A DNA stretch of 64,000 nt from the NCBI GenBank assembly GCA_003962975.1, contig RXKC01000006.1, positions 9,788 through 73,787 on the forward strand, in the 5' to 3' direction. The translations under genes and the position numbers were made by a program. The notes beneath the pieces were generated by a model. It was given only the letters and a program-made list of their open reading frames with translations. It did not search any database and was not told where the DNA came from. Shown here one piece after another: positions 56,222 through 64,000 of this stretch; the stretch's first letter is position 1, and every line of letters begins with the position of its first letter. The DNA is from Candidatus Saccharimonadota bacterium. Lineage in GTDB: Bacteria > Patescibacteriota > Saccharimonadia > Saccharimonadales > AWTP1-31.

Positions 56222-59200
56222 AAGAATTCTACAAGCAGCATTGGCTGATGGCCAAAATCCGGGCACGTATTCTTGTTGTAAAACTACGTCGACAATTTAA
56301 GAATATATATACCTGGATTATCAAGGACGTCAACAGGTGGGTCATAAGCCTAGGCAGTGCGGCTGCCCTGTGTCTAACCATAGCCTTTATAGCAGTCATG
56401 CTAACCCCTACGACTCCAAAAGATACCGATACCAAGCGAGCCGCCGCAACCCTGACTATTAACTCGCAGGTAGGATCGACCGTTAATAACAGTAATGCAA
56501 TCGACCCGCAGACCGCCGACACCACTATGAAATGGGTTAAGAGTGCCAATATATCAGATAACGATTTGCCGGTTGACGGTTCGATCACCGAGGAGATTGA
56601 CGAAAACCAAGTCTTCGTCGGTGACATATTCTTGCCCAAAGGCTGGACAGCCGAATACTCAACCGACCCTCGGGGTACGCCCAAGGCACAACGCAGTTTT
56701 ACCAGCTATAATATGGCCAACCAATCTAGTAATCCGCTTAGCGCTATAACCTATTTAAAAATTAATACCGGTAGTGCTGATGGCGTTAAGCCATACTCCG
56801 AGGCACCTTTGGTAGGCCCACTCAGCCCCCAACAGCTCATTACTGACGGTAAAGCTCCGTCCAGCCCGATACTGTACGAAAATAAATTGTATGTGGTCAT
56901 CAAAGGCATGCGGGCTGCCACGGCCGGTAGCTACACTCTGGACTGTTTTGACCTGGTGACACACGCTCGCTGCGTCGGCATCGGCAATGCTAATTTCTTT
57001 CCAACTTACTTATCTACTAGCGGAGCATCAGCTACTAACCCAACGGCTCTAGGAACTGGCGCCAAAGACATTTCGACAGCCCTAAATTTTCAGCACGTCA
57101 TGGACGATGGAACCTATGGTCACAATGGCCGGGTGTACATACCGGGACAGTCTGGCAACAACTACGGTGTAGTCTGCTTCGACCTAGAGAGCTACCAGAA
57201 TTGTGGCTTTACGACACTGGGCTCAGCTAGCGCGCCGACCGGCGCCAACCCATCATGGTTGAATGGTTTTACTCAAAGTGGCAGCAAAATCTATGGCCAT
57301 GCCAATGACCCAGACAACGGTAATCAAACAGTAGTTTGCTTTGACATTCGTGATCCTGGTAATGGCGGTGGCATCTGTAGTGGCTACACAGCCAGTACTA
57401 CCGCCGCTACTCAAACGCAGTACACCTACGAACACAGCAACAACTACGACACCCCAGGAAGCCAAGTCATGGACGGCGACAAACTCTACTGGATAGTTAA
57501 TTATCGCTACAATAATACGAGGTTATATGGTGCTATCTTCCCATGGGATCCCTACCCCAACACTCAACGCGACCATGGTACCGTGCTAACTTGCTTTAAC
57601 GTCGTGACGCGCACCACTTGTTCTGGCATTTATTCCTATAACTGGCCGCGAGTGTACGATGGCTCGGCCGGGGATATCGGCATCGAATACGCCAGTGCTA
57701 TGTTCATGTGGCAACAAACTGGCGCAAACATTGCTGTTTGCTACACCTTTAGCAACGTCAACCTAAATAGCTCACCAGTTGAGTCGCGGGTCATCTGCCA
57801 TCGCCTATCGGATGGTGCTTTTATGCCCAACACTGGTGCCCAAGCTCCGAATGTATTGCCAGTACCTTCCGTCTGGCAAGGGCCGAATATTCTGGGTAGC
57901 ACTGCTTGGCGAATGGCCTCTAATACTACCACCATAACCGATGCCAATAGCCACCGTAAAACTTACTTTGCCTATCATTACGGTAATAATGCTACTCGGG
58001 GTGCTACTAGTTGCTTCGACTGGAATACCCAAGCGAACTGCGCTGGCATGCCGTGGCTTAAATACTGGTACAACATCAACAATGCCGTTAGCGGCGATGA
58101 GGGCTACGCCTATGACGGCTCTTGTATGTACGGAGTTAATCGCCAGGGCTTCTTGTGGTCATTCAACCCGACAACTGCCGAATCTCCCTGCCGGGCGGTA
58201 GGTACTACCCAGACGGCTTCGTTTGTGGCAACAGATTTTTACTGCGATGGTCAAAGCCACGCCTTTGGCTGGCAAGGAGCCAAACTCTCTAAGGCCAGCA
58301 TGTATGATTTTAAGGACTATAACCTAAAGGTTTTTGATACTAATGGTGGTACTATGCTGGGCTCGGGCGCGATAAAAAACTCTGGTAAGCTAGACCTCAC
58401 CGGTGGAGCCTACAGCGGCCAGACTTCACTGTTTTTGCAAGTTGACTCGACTGTCTGGAATAGTAGTCCCTGGGCTAATGGTAATGTACCGTTTGCTAAA
58501 GTACAGGCTAACGCCGACGATGTTCAGTACTGCTATAAAACCAGAGCAAAAACCTACGCCGAACAAATCGCTTGCGATGTTTCGACACTCCAAACCACTT
58601 CCGATGCAGTCTTTAATGCCGAGTACGACACCCTGACAAACCAACAGCCAGATCAGATTGGTTTTATACAGCAAAGCGACAAACAATGTTTTAAAGATCT
58701 TAGTATTGCTGTGTCAGCCGATAAAACCTTGGTCAAGAACGCTCAAAATGTTACTTACTCGATAACCGTTCAGAACAAGGCCAATACTGATGCTCAGGGC
58801 AGAGGCAACATCCCTAGTGCTTTCAATACCCAGTTGGCTCGCTATGAAGCAACCATCCCTACCGGTATGCAATTTGTAAGTGCTTCGCCGGGAGGCACTC
58901 AGGTTGGCAATAAAGTTGTCTGGGAAAATCAGTCAATTGCCGCCAGTTCGGTTGTTCCGGTTTCTGTCACTCTTCAGGCTCCACCATCGATCGCCAGTAA
59001 ATTACGATCGCCCGTAACACTCGCCGCCAGCGAGCAAAGTGTACTCGGCATGAATGTAACCGCTATCTACAATGGCGATGTCTATCAGGGCGACAATAAC
59101 GCAACTAATAACCAGGTTACCTTCGAGAACAATGCCCAACCGGCAATTAGCGATTTGCAACAAACCGTCGTCAACCCCAAAGAACCATCAGATCTGCGTT

Positions 59201-61188
59201 TTACGGTACTGGCTAGTGACGATGACCAATTAAGCAGTGTAGTTTTGCTCGAGGGCGGTAATGTGATTGGAACCATGGCACCAACTGGTATGCACAATCA
59301 ATATGGCATAACTCTTAATAATCGAACTCGCGGTACTTATTCCTTCAGCGCCAGGGCAACCGATAATGGCGACCCGGCACTTAGCCGCACCACTGGCCCC
59401 CTGGGGGTTATCGTCACTCCGCCCGACCCTCCCGCCGGACCAACCAACAGCAACGACCCACCGAGTGTCTTTAATTTCGAACAGAAAAATATCGCTCCTC
59501 GGGCTCCAGCTGATCTATCTTTCACAGTTGGTGTCACCGACGACACTGGCCTTGCATCGGTCGAGCTATACCAAGGCGACACTAAAGTTGGCACGATGAC
59601 ACCAGGCGAGGAGCAAAACAGCTACACGATTACCGTTAAAGACTACGACGCCGGTAGTTACGGCTTCAGAGTCAGGGCAACAGATAACGGTACGCCGGCC
59701 TTGTTTACGCTATCCGACACTCTAACCGTAAAAGTCGGCAACCAGGCCACTCAAGGCAACAACAATACTACACCAAACAGGAACCAATCTGCATCCGACT
59801 CAAGTACCTCACCAAACTTACTCCAGAAATTAGCTTCGCCCTTAGCCTCCACCGGCTTTTCGGCTACCGTACTGAGCCTTGCCAAAAATGTTGCTTCACC
59901 CTTCAGCCCTAGGGTCGCCAAGCTACTGCCCTACACCACCATCGGCCTGCTAATAATCTTTGCTGTCGCCTATGCCTATCTGGCACTACAACAGTACAGA
60001 ACCAAACACAAAATCAGCCTCCTACTGCAAAAGTATCAGCAAACCGACACTGTTCGTCGCACTTTCCTAGATCTTGCCTCGCATTACCTAAGCACACCAC
60101 TGGCGACCATGCAGAACTCATTAGAGCTGATTGCCAAGGAATCTGCGGCCAATACTAATACGATCGAGTCGGCTCGTTTCCGCTTGGGCAAACTAGCCGA
60201 GCACGCCAAAACCTTACTGGACAGAGCCTCGATGACCAATCAAACAGCTATCCAAACCTCCGGCATCCTGCAAAGCATCAAAGAATCAAAAATACTGTCT
60301 AGCACGGCGCTGCTTATTCCATTGGCTACAATTCTGGCCGCCGTCATATTGGTTAACGTCCTGTTCCTGATGAGTAATAAGTACGATGCATCATTAGTTG
60401 GCTTTGTATCACAGATCGGACTCTACGTCCTAGCAGGCGCGGCCCTAGTATTCGCCTATGCCTACTTACAACAACAAAAACTTGCCGCCCAGGCCGCCGA
60501 ACAGCAATTAACACTCGAAGATTCACTAAACAACAGCCAACGCGATTTCATACATACTGCTGGAACACAATTAGTCGAAGATGTCAACTCACTAGACACT
60601 GTTACTAAAACCTTAAGCAAAGCGGCAGCTGGCACCTACTTCGTTAACGGGCTAATCGACCTCAAGCAACTAGCGGCACGCTTTCAATTCCTGGATAACC
60701 TGTCGACCGGCAGCCCAGCAAAAGCCAAGGCTATTCAACTAGACGTATCTACCAAGCAAGCCATTGCACAGCACGCCAAGACCGCTAAAGACAAGCAAGT
60801 ATCAATTGATGTTGCAGCCGACCCATTACTCGAAGCAATGATAGACCACGAAGCCTATCAACGTTTGCTTGGCTCGTTGGTTGACAACGCTATCAAGTTT
60901 AGCCCTGAAGGTGGCAAGGTTACCGTTAAGCTAAGCGGCGACCGCAGGTACGTAACTCTGTCTGTCAGCGACCAGGGCGAAGGTATATCCGAAGATAAGT
61001 TACAGAACTTTGCAAAACCATTCGTCCGCGGAACCGACACCAGGGAGTTCGACTACCAAGGCATGGGTCTAGACCTCTATATCGACCGACTGATCATAGA
61101 TAAATGGAACGGCGAGCTAGATATCGCATCGCATAAAGGTACCGGAACCACCGTAACCGCCAAGCTACGACGCAGCTATATCGACTAA
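56218..61188 (+). CDS. Giant (1656 aa) sensor histidine kinase with an adhesin-like ectodomain
   Basis: N-terminal TM and about 1200 aa extracellular (DUF11-like, two Ig-like repeats). H-box SHYLSTPL, two extra TMs, then a second H-box-like IHTAGTQL. N-box DNAIKFSPEGG, G1 DQGEGI, G2 GMGLDL. Confidence 0.8.
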   Translation: MKEFYKQHWLMAKIRARILVVKLRRQFKNIYTWIIKDVNRWVISLGSAAALCLTIAFIAVMLTPTTPKDTDTKRAAATLTINSQVGSTVNNSNAIDPQTADTTMKWVKSANISDNDLPVDGSITEEIDENQVFVGDIFLPKGWTAEYSTDPRGTPKAQRSFTSYNMANQSSNPLSAITYLKINTGSADGVKPYSEAPLVGPLSPQQLITDGKAPSSPILYENKLYVVIKGMRAATAGSYTLDCFDLVTHARCVGIGNANFFPTYLSTSGASATNPTALGTGAKDISTALNFQHVMDDGTYGHNGRVYIPGQSGNNYGVVCFDLESYQNCGFTTLGSASAPTGANPSWLNGFTQSGSKIYGHANDPDNGNQTVVCFDIRDPGNGGGICSGYTASTTAATQTQYTYEHSNNYDTPGSQVMDGDKLYWIVNYRYNNTRLYGAIFPWDPYPNTQRDHGTVLTCFNVVTRTTCSGIYSYNWPRVYDGSAGDIGIEYASAMFMWQQTGANIAVCYTFSNVNLNSSPVESRVICHRLSDGAFMPNTGAQAPNVLPVPSVWQGPNILGSTAWRMASNTTTITDANSHRKTYFAYHYGNNATRGATSCFDWNTQANCAGMPWLKYWYNINNAVSGDEGYAYDGSCMYGVNRQGFLWSFNPTTAESPCRAVGTTQTASFVATDFYCDGQSHAFGWQGAKLSKASMYDFKDYNLKVFDTNGGTMLGSGAIKNSGKLDLTGGAYSGQTSLFLQVDSTVWNSSPWANGNVPFAKVQANADDVQYCYKTRAKTYAEQIACDVSTLQTTSDAVFNAEYDTLTNQQPDQIGFIQQSDKQCFKDLSIAVSADKTLVKNAQNVTYSITVQNKANTDAQGRGNIPSAFNTQLARYEATIPTGMQFVSASPGGTQVGNKVVWENQSIAASSVVPVSVTLQAPPSIASKLRSPVTLAASEQSVLGMNVTAIYNGDVYQGDNNATNNQVTFENNAQPAISDLQQTVVNPKEPSDLRFTVLASDDDQLSSVVLLEGGNVIGTMAPTGMHNQYGITLNNRTRGTYSFSARATDNGDPALSRTTGPLGVIVTPPDPPAGPTNSNDPPSVFNFEQKNIAPRAPADLSFTVGVTDDTGLASVELYQGDTKVGTMTPGEEQNSYTITVKDYDAGSYGFRVRATDNGTPALFTLSDTLTVKVGNQATQGNNNTTPNRNQSASDSSTSPNLLQKLASPLASTGFSATVLSLAKNVASPFSPRVAKLLPYTTIGLLIIFAVAYAYLALQQYRTKHKISLLLQKYQQTDTVRRTFLDLASHYLSTPLATMQNSLELIAKESAANTNTIESARFRLGKLAEHAKTLLDRASMTNQTAIQTSGILQSIKESKILSSTALLIPLATILAAVILVNVLFLMSNKYDASLVGFVSQIGLYVLAGAALVFAYAYLQQQKLAAQAAEQQLTLEDSLNNSQRDFIHTAGTQLVEDVNSLDTVTKTLSKAAAGTYFVNGLIDLKQLAARFQFLDNLSTGSPAKAKAIQLDVSTKQAIAQHAKTAKDKQVSIDVAADPLLEAMIDHEAYQRLLGSLVDNAIKFSPEGGKVTVKLSGDRRYVTLSVSDQGEGISEDKLQNFAKPFVRGTDTREFDYQGMGLDLYIDRLIIDKWNGELDIASHKGTGTTVTAKLRRSYID

Positions 61189-61276
61189 GTCTCCAAGGTG
61201 ATATAATCTAAGCATAAGTTTAATGCACGCTAGACCTATGCATCTTAGGGCTTTTGTGCAAAAAGGATAATAGATT

Positions 61277-62776
61277 ATGAAATCCAATACCCATATCGTC
61301 ACCATATCCAAAGAGCTGCGGTTCTTGCTTTTTGCCCTAGCCTGCGCCTGCATACTGTGGCCGGCCAAGGTAGAGGCAGCCACAATAAGCGTTGCTGCCG
61401 GCTCCGACGCGATCAATAGCGACTCTATCTGCCAATTGCATGAAGCTCTTGTCAACATTAGCGACGGGGCTCGCACACATGCCGACTGTGTCGAGACTGG
61501 CAGCTATGGCTCTAACGACACTATTACCCTGCCTACCGGCACTATTACCGGCACTGGTGGTAGTGGCTTCCCCTTAAACAAGCCTGCGAAAGTCATTGGG
61601 CAAGGTAAGGGCGTTTCTATTCTAGACAACTCTGGATTTATTGCCACCGGTGGCAGCGGCTTTACTGACGATTTTACGTTTCAGGACTTTACGGCGTTAG
61701 CTGACGGTATGGCTGTGATTGTTGTAGAAGACGCCCGTAACGTAACCCTCCAGGATATGGAATTCGAACTGACCGAAACTACCGGTAATCCTGCATTCGG
61801 TCTAAACACGTCTGACAGTATGAATATTAATGTCTACGACAGCTACTTTAAGGGCGTATTTTCTATGAGCGGATCTGGTTTTATTCTGGGACTAGGCGTA
61901 CAAGCCGACAACGATAACTACGATACAAACCTAGCTGTAGAGCGATCTACCTTCAGCGGATTAATGCGAGGTATAACTCTGGTATCGGATGGTTCCGGCC
62001 TGCCAACTACCCTAAACGCGACAATCAAGAACTCCACCATGACTGGAATGCGAAGTTTAGAAAGTTTTGGTAGTGGCTACAGCATGCAATCTGCCGCAGG
62101 TATTCTTGTCTACACTGACGCCGATGCACCCAATCAGGCTGTTGTTAATTACACTACTATCAACAACACCTTTGGCCCCAGTGCAGCCAGTAGCTATGCT
62201 GTTGCTATAATGGAAGTCAATGGCGGTGATGCTGCCATCAACCACACCGCTCAGAACGATCTGTACGCCACCGGCGGCGAAGGCGACTCCACTAATTACC
62301 ACCGTTTTACTGGTAGTGGAAGCGGTATAAGCTTCAACACCACCAGCAACGGCGGCAACGTGTCTAGCGACAATAGCTTAAGCACGTGGCTAAACCAATC
62401 AACAGATAAACATGGCCAGACTTCACTGGCTTCGTTTCTTGGAGCATTAAGTGACAATGGTGGGGCCGTGCCTACCCTAGCCCTACTAGAAGGGTCTCCG
62501 GCCATCAATGCCGGCACCAACGTAGCCGGCCTAACGACAGACGCGAAAGGTGGGGCGAGGGTCTTAGGGGCAGCCAGCGACGCTGGTGCCTACGAAAGCA
62601 CTTTTGGTAGTCTTGCTGGCAACTCAGCTAATAACAATGGTGCGGTACCAGGTGTACCAAAGACTGGATTTGCATTACTACTGAATAATCCACTGGCTAC
62701 CCTTGCCGGCACAACTCTATCGGCAACCTTACTATGGTTTCTTTCTAGGCGCATCAAGTTGCGAAGATTCTGGTGA
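61277..62776 (+). CDS. Right-handed beta-helix (choice-of-anchor-Q-like) surface protein with a VPKTG sorting signal
   Basis: Signal peptide, SICQLHEALVNISDG..ADC, LGALSDNGGAVPTLALLEGSPAINAG. C-terminus is PGVPKTGFALLLNNPLATL + TM + RRIKLRRFW. Confidence 0.7.
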   Translation: MKSNTHIVTISKELRFLLFALACACILWPAKVEAATISVAAGSDAINSDSICQLHEALVNISDGARTHADCVETGSYGSNDTITLPTGTITGTGGSGFPLNKPAKVIGQGKGVSILDNSGFIATGGSGFTDDFTFQDFTALADGMAVIVVEDARNVTLQDMEFELTETTGNPAFGLNTSDSMNINVYDSYFKGVFSMSGSGFILGLGVQADNDNYDTNLAVERSTFSGLMRGITLVSDGSGLPTTLNATIKNSTMTGMRSLESFGSGYSMQSAAGILVYTDADAPNQAVVNYTTINNTFGPSAASSYAVAIMEVNGGDAAINHTAQNDLYATGGEGDSTNYHRFTGSGSGISFNTTSNGGNVSSDNSLSTWLNQSTDKHGQTSLASFLGALSDNGGAVPTLALLEGSPAINAGTNVAGLTTDAKGGARVLGAASDAGAYESTFGSLAGNSANNNGAVPGVPKTGFALLLNNPLATLAGTTLSATLLWFLSRRIKLRRFW

Positions 62777-64000
62777 TGGCCGACGATAAAGCTAGAAGTA
62801 ATATAGTCACACTATCTAAAGAGTTGCTTTTTGCACTGTTTCTTCTAGCAGTGGTGTTAGTTTTTAGGCCAACAAAAGCCGAGGCGGCCACAATTAATGT
62901 AGCCGTCGGTACGAGTGTGATTACTAACGGCGACTCCATTTGCCAGCTAGAAGAAGCCATCGAGAATGTCAACGATGGTGTTCGGACTTATGCTGACTGT
63001 GTAGAGGTAGGCGGGTATGGACCATCCAACACTATAAAACTGCCCTTAGGCACCATAACAGGTACTGGCAGCGGATCTACCGAGGTAGAGTCCGGTTCAG
63101 GATACAGTAGCGATGTTCACGTCACTATCGACGGGCATGGCAAAGATCAGTCAATACTGGAGGACATTAATCTAGAGTTTCGGGGCGATAATGTTAGCAG
63201 TATCAGCCTCCAGGATTTTACAATACTAAGAGGTGATCTAAGTTTACATAATGCAGTTAATACAACCCTGGACAGCGTAGAAGTCGACGGCAACAATCAG
63301 GCAGACTTGATGGCTGGCATAACGATATTTGACACAGAGCAGATAACAATACGCGATAGCTATATCCATAACATAGAGGCCTCATTTGGGGATCCGGACG
63401 GGACTACATTAGGTATCGGGGTTGGTATCGAAGGCAAAAAAAGTGGAGACAATGGTGGCCGATCTGATATCCTTATAGAACGAACCACAATCTCTCAGAC
63501 TAGCCTCGGTATTATTCTGGATCATGACATTGGTTCTAGCACCGGCTATGATGGCTCTGGGCTTGCCGTTATTGACGCCACAATCAGGAATTCCACCTTT
63601 ACGGATTTGTCTATGAATCTAAACATATTTCCCGGCTCAGGGTCGACTATTGACTCCCCACTATTTGGGATGTACTCGCCGGCCGGCATATTAATAATGT
63701 TCGGAGGGCGAAGCAATACAGACTATGGCACCATCAACTACACAACTATCAACAACACCTACAGTAACATCCGGAATACTAATTATGTCGTCACCCCAGC
63801 ATCGGCAATACGAGAGGTAGGTCTGGGCCAAGGACGAGTTGCCCATACTACTCAAAATGATTTACTTGCGGTCGGCAACGGGTCAACCGTAAACTATGGC
63901 CGAATGGCTTTTGATACTACAGATAGTCCAGCCTTTTCCACCACCAGCAACGGCGGCAATGTATCAAGCGACAATAGTCTAAGTACATGGCTGACTCAGC
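62776..64000 (+). CDS. Tandem paralog of the beta-helix surface protein (3' end beyond the window)
   Basis: The ATG overlaps the upstream TGA (TGATG). My hand translation stays open to base 64000. SICQLEEAIENVNDG..ADC and TTSNGGNVSSDNSLSTWL are shared with the upstream gene. Not in the ORF track because no stop falls in the window. Confidence 0.7.
   Translation, partial: MADDKARSNIVTLSKELLFALFLLAVVLVFRPTKAEAATINVAVGTSVITNGDSICQLEEAIENVNDGVRTYADCVEVGGYGPSNTIKLPLGTITGTGSGSTEVESGSGYSSDVHVTIDGHGKDQSILEDINLEFRGDNVSSISLQDFTILRGDLSLHNAVNTTLDSVEVDGNNQADLMAGITIFDTEQITIRDSYIHNIEASFGDPDGTTLGIGVGIEGKKSGDNGGRSDILIERTTISQTSLGIILDHDIGSSTGYDGSGLAVIDATIRNSTFTDLSMNLNIFPGSGSTIDSPLFGMYSPAGILIMFGGRSNTDYGTINYTTINNTYSNIRNTNYVVTPASAIREVGLGQGRVAHTTQNDLLAVGNGSTVNYGRMAFDTTDSPAFSTTSNGGNVSSDNSLSTWLTQ

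Noticed and set aside
1-64000. Alternative genetic code (UGA recoded, as in some candidate phyla), diversity-generating retroelements, retrons, and restriction-modification or other defence systems.
   Set aside because: TGA terminates several ORFs at positions consistent with full-length conserved proteins (for example the GT2 gene at 41599-41601 and the esterase at 56219-56221). I could recognise no reverse transcriptase, methyltransferase, nuclease or template/variable repeat pair.

Overview
The window is a 64-kb chromosomal segment using the standard genetic code: TGA, TAA and TAG all end ORFs whose products carry recognisable conserved motifs. All product calls come from motifs read by eye. 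No database search was run.

The gene content suggests a small-genome monoderm bacterium of the Patescibacteria/CPR (Saccharibacteria-like) type. This is inference, based on sortase-type C-terminal anchors, many stand-alone receiver proteins with a KAxxTP motif, pyruvoyl arginine decarboxylase, giant surface proteins and frequent leaderless-type promoters.

I support about 60 CDS, 4 tRNAs (Glu-UUC, Gly-UCC, Arg-UCU, His-GUG), several promoters and terminators, one IS982-like transposase gene and the right end of an integrative element.

Layout:
- 1-2.9 kb: serine-recombinase element abutting tRNA-Glu.
- 3-11.8 kb: secreted or anchored proteins, a sensor kinase, and pdaD plus an unknown partner gene.
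- 12-17.8 kb: a membrane protein, three tandem stand-alone receiver genes, murD overlapped with a PP-loop protein, and an S51 peptidase.
- 17.8-21.2 kb: a cluster of a small membrane peptide, an HExxH membrane protease and an ABC transporter.
- 21.4-30.5 kb: chorismate mutase and prephenate dehydrogenase, a Crp-family regulator, cutA, three tRNAs, and an unknown gene paired with an acetylpolyamine-amidohydrolase-like gene.
- 30.6-33.4 kb: an EF-hand-like protein, a TPCP-motif P1B ATPase and a polyprenol-kinase-like gene.
- 34-36.7 kb: transposase and Fic.
- 36.8-64 kb: a dense cell-surface region.

Most interesting candidates:
1. A translationally coupled GT2 synthase, hairpin-less MFP and GH81 glucanase trio (candidate beta-1,3-glucan system). 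It sits in a 14-kb same-strand block with a 1942-aa giant protein abutting a MacB/FtsEX-type ABC pair.
2. A 1656-aa sensor kinase with a huge ectodomain and a duplicated H-box split by a membrane hairpin.
3. murD plus a PP-loop gene (MurD2/MurL-like idea).
4. An extended VP[NK]TG sorting signal.
5. An A_AAA_AAC / A6 frameshift site at the 5' end of a secreted-protein gene.
6. Promoter-terminator leader units upstream of two polyamine-related operons.
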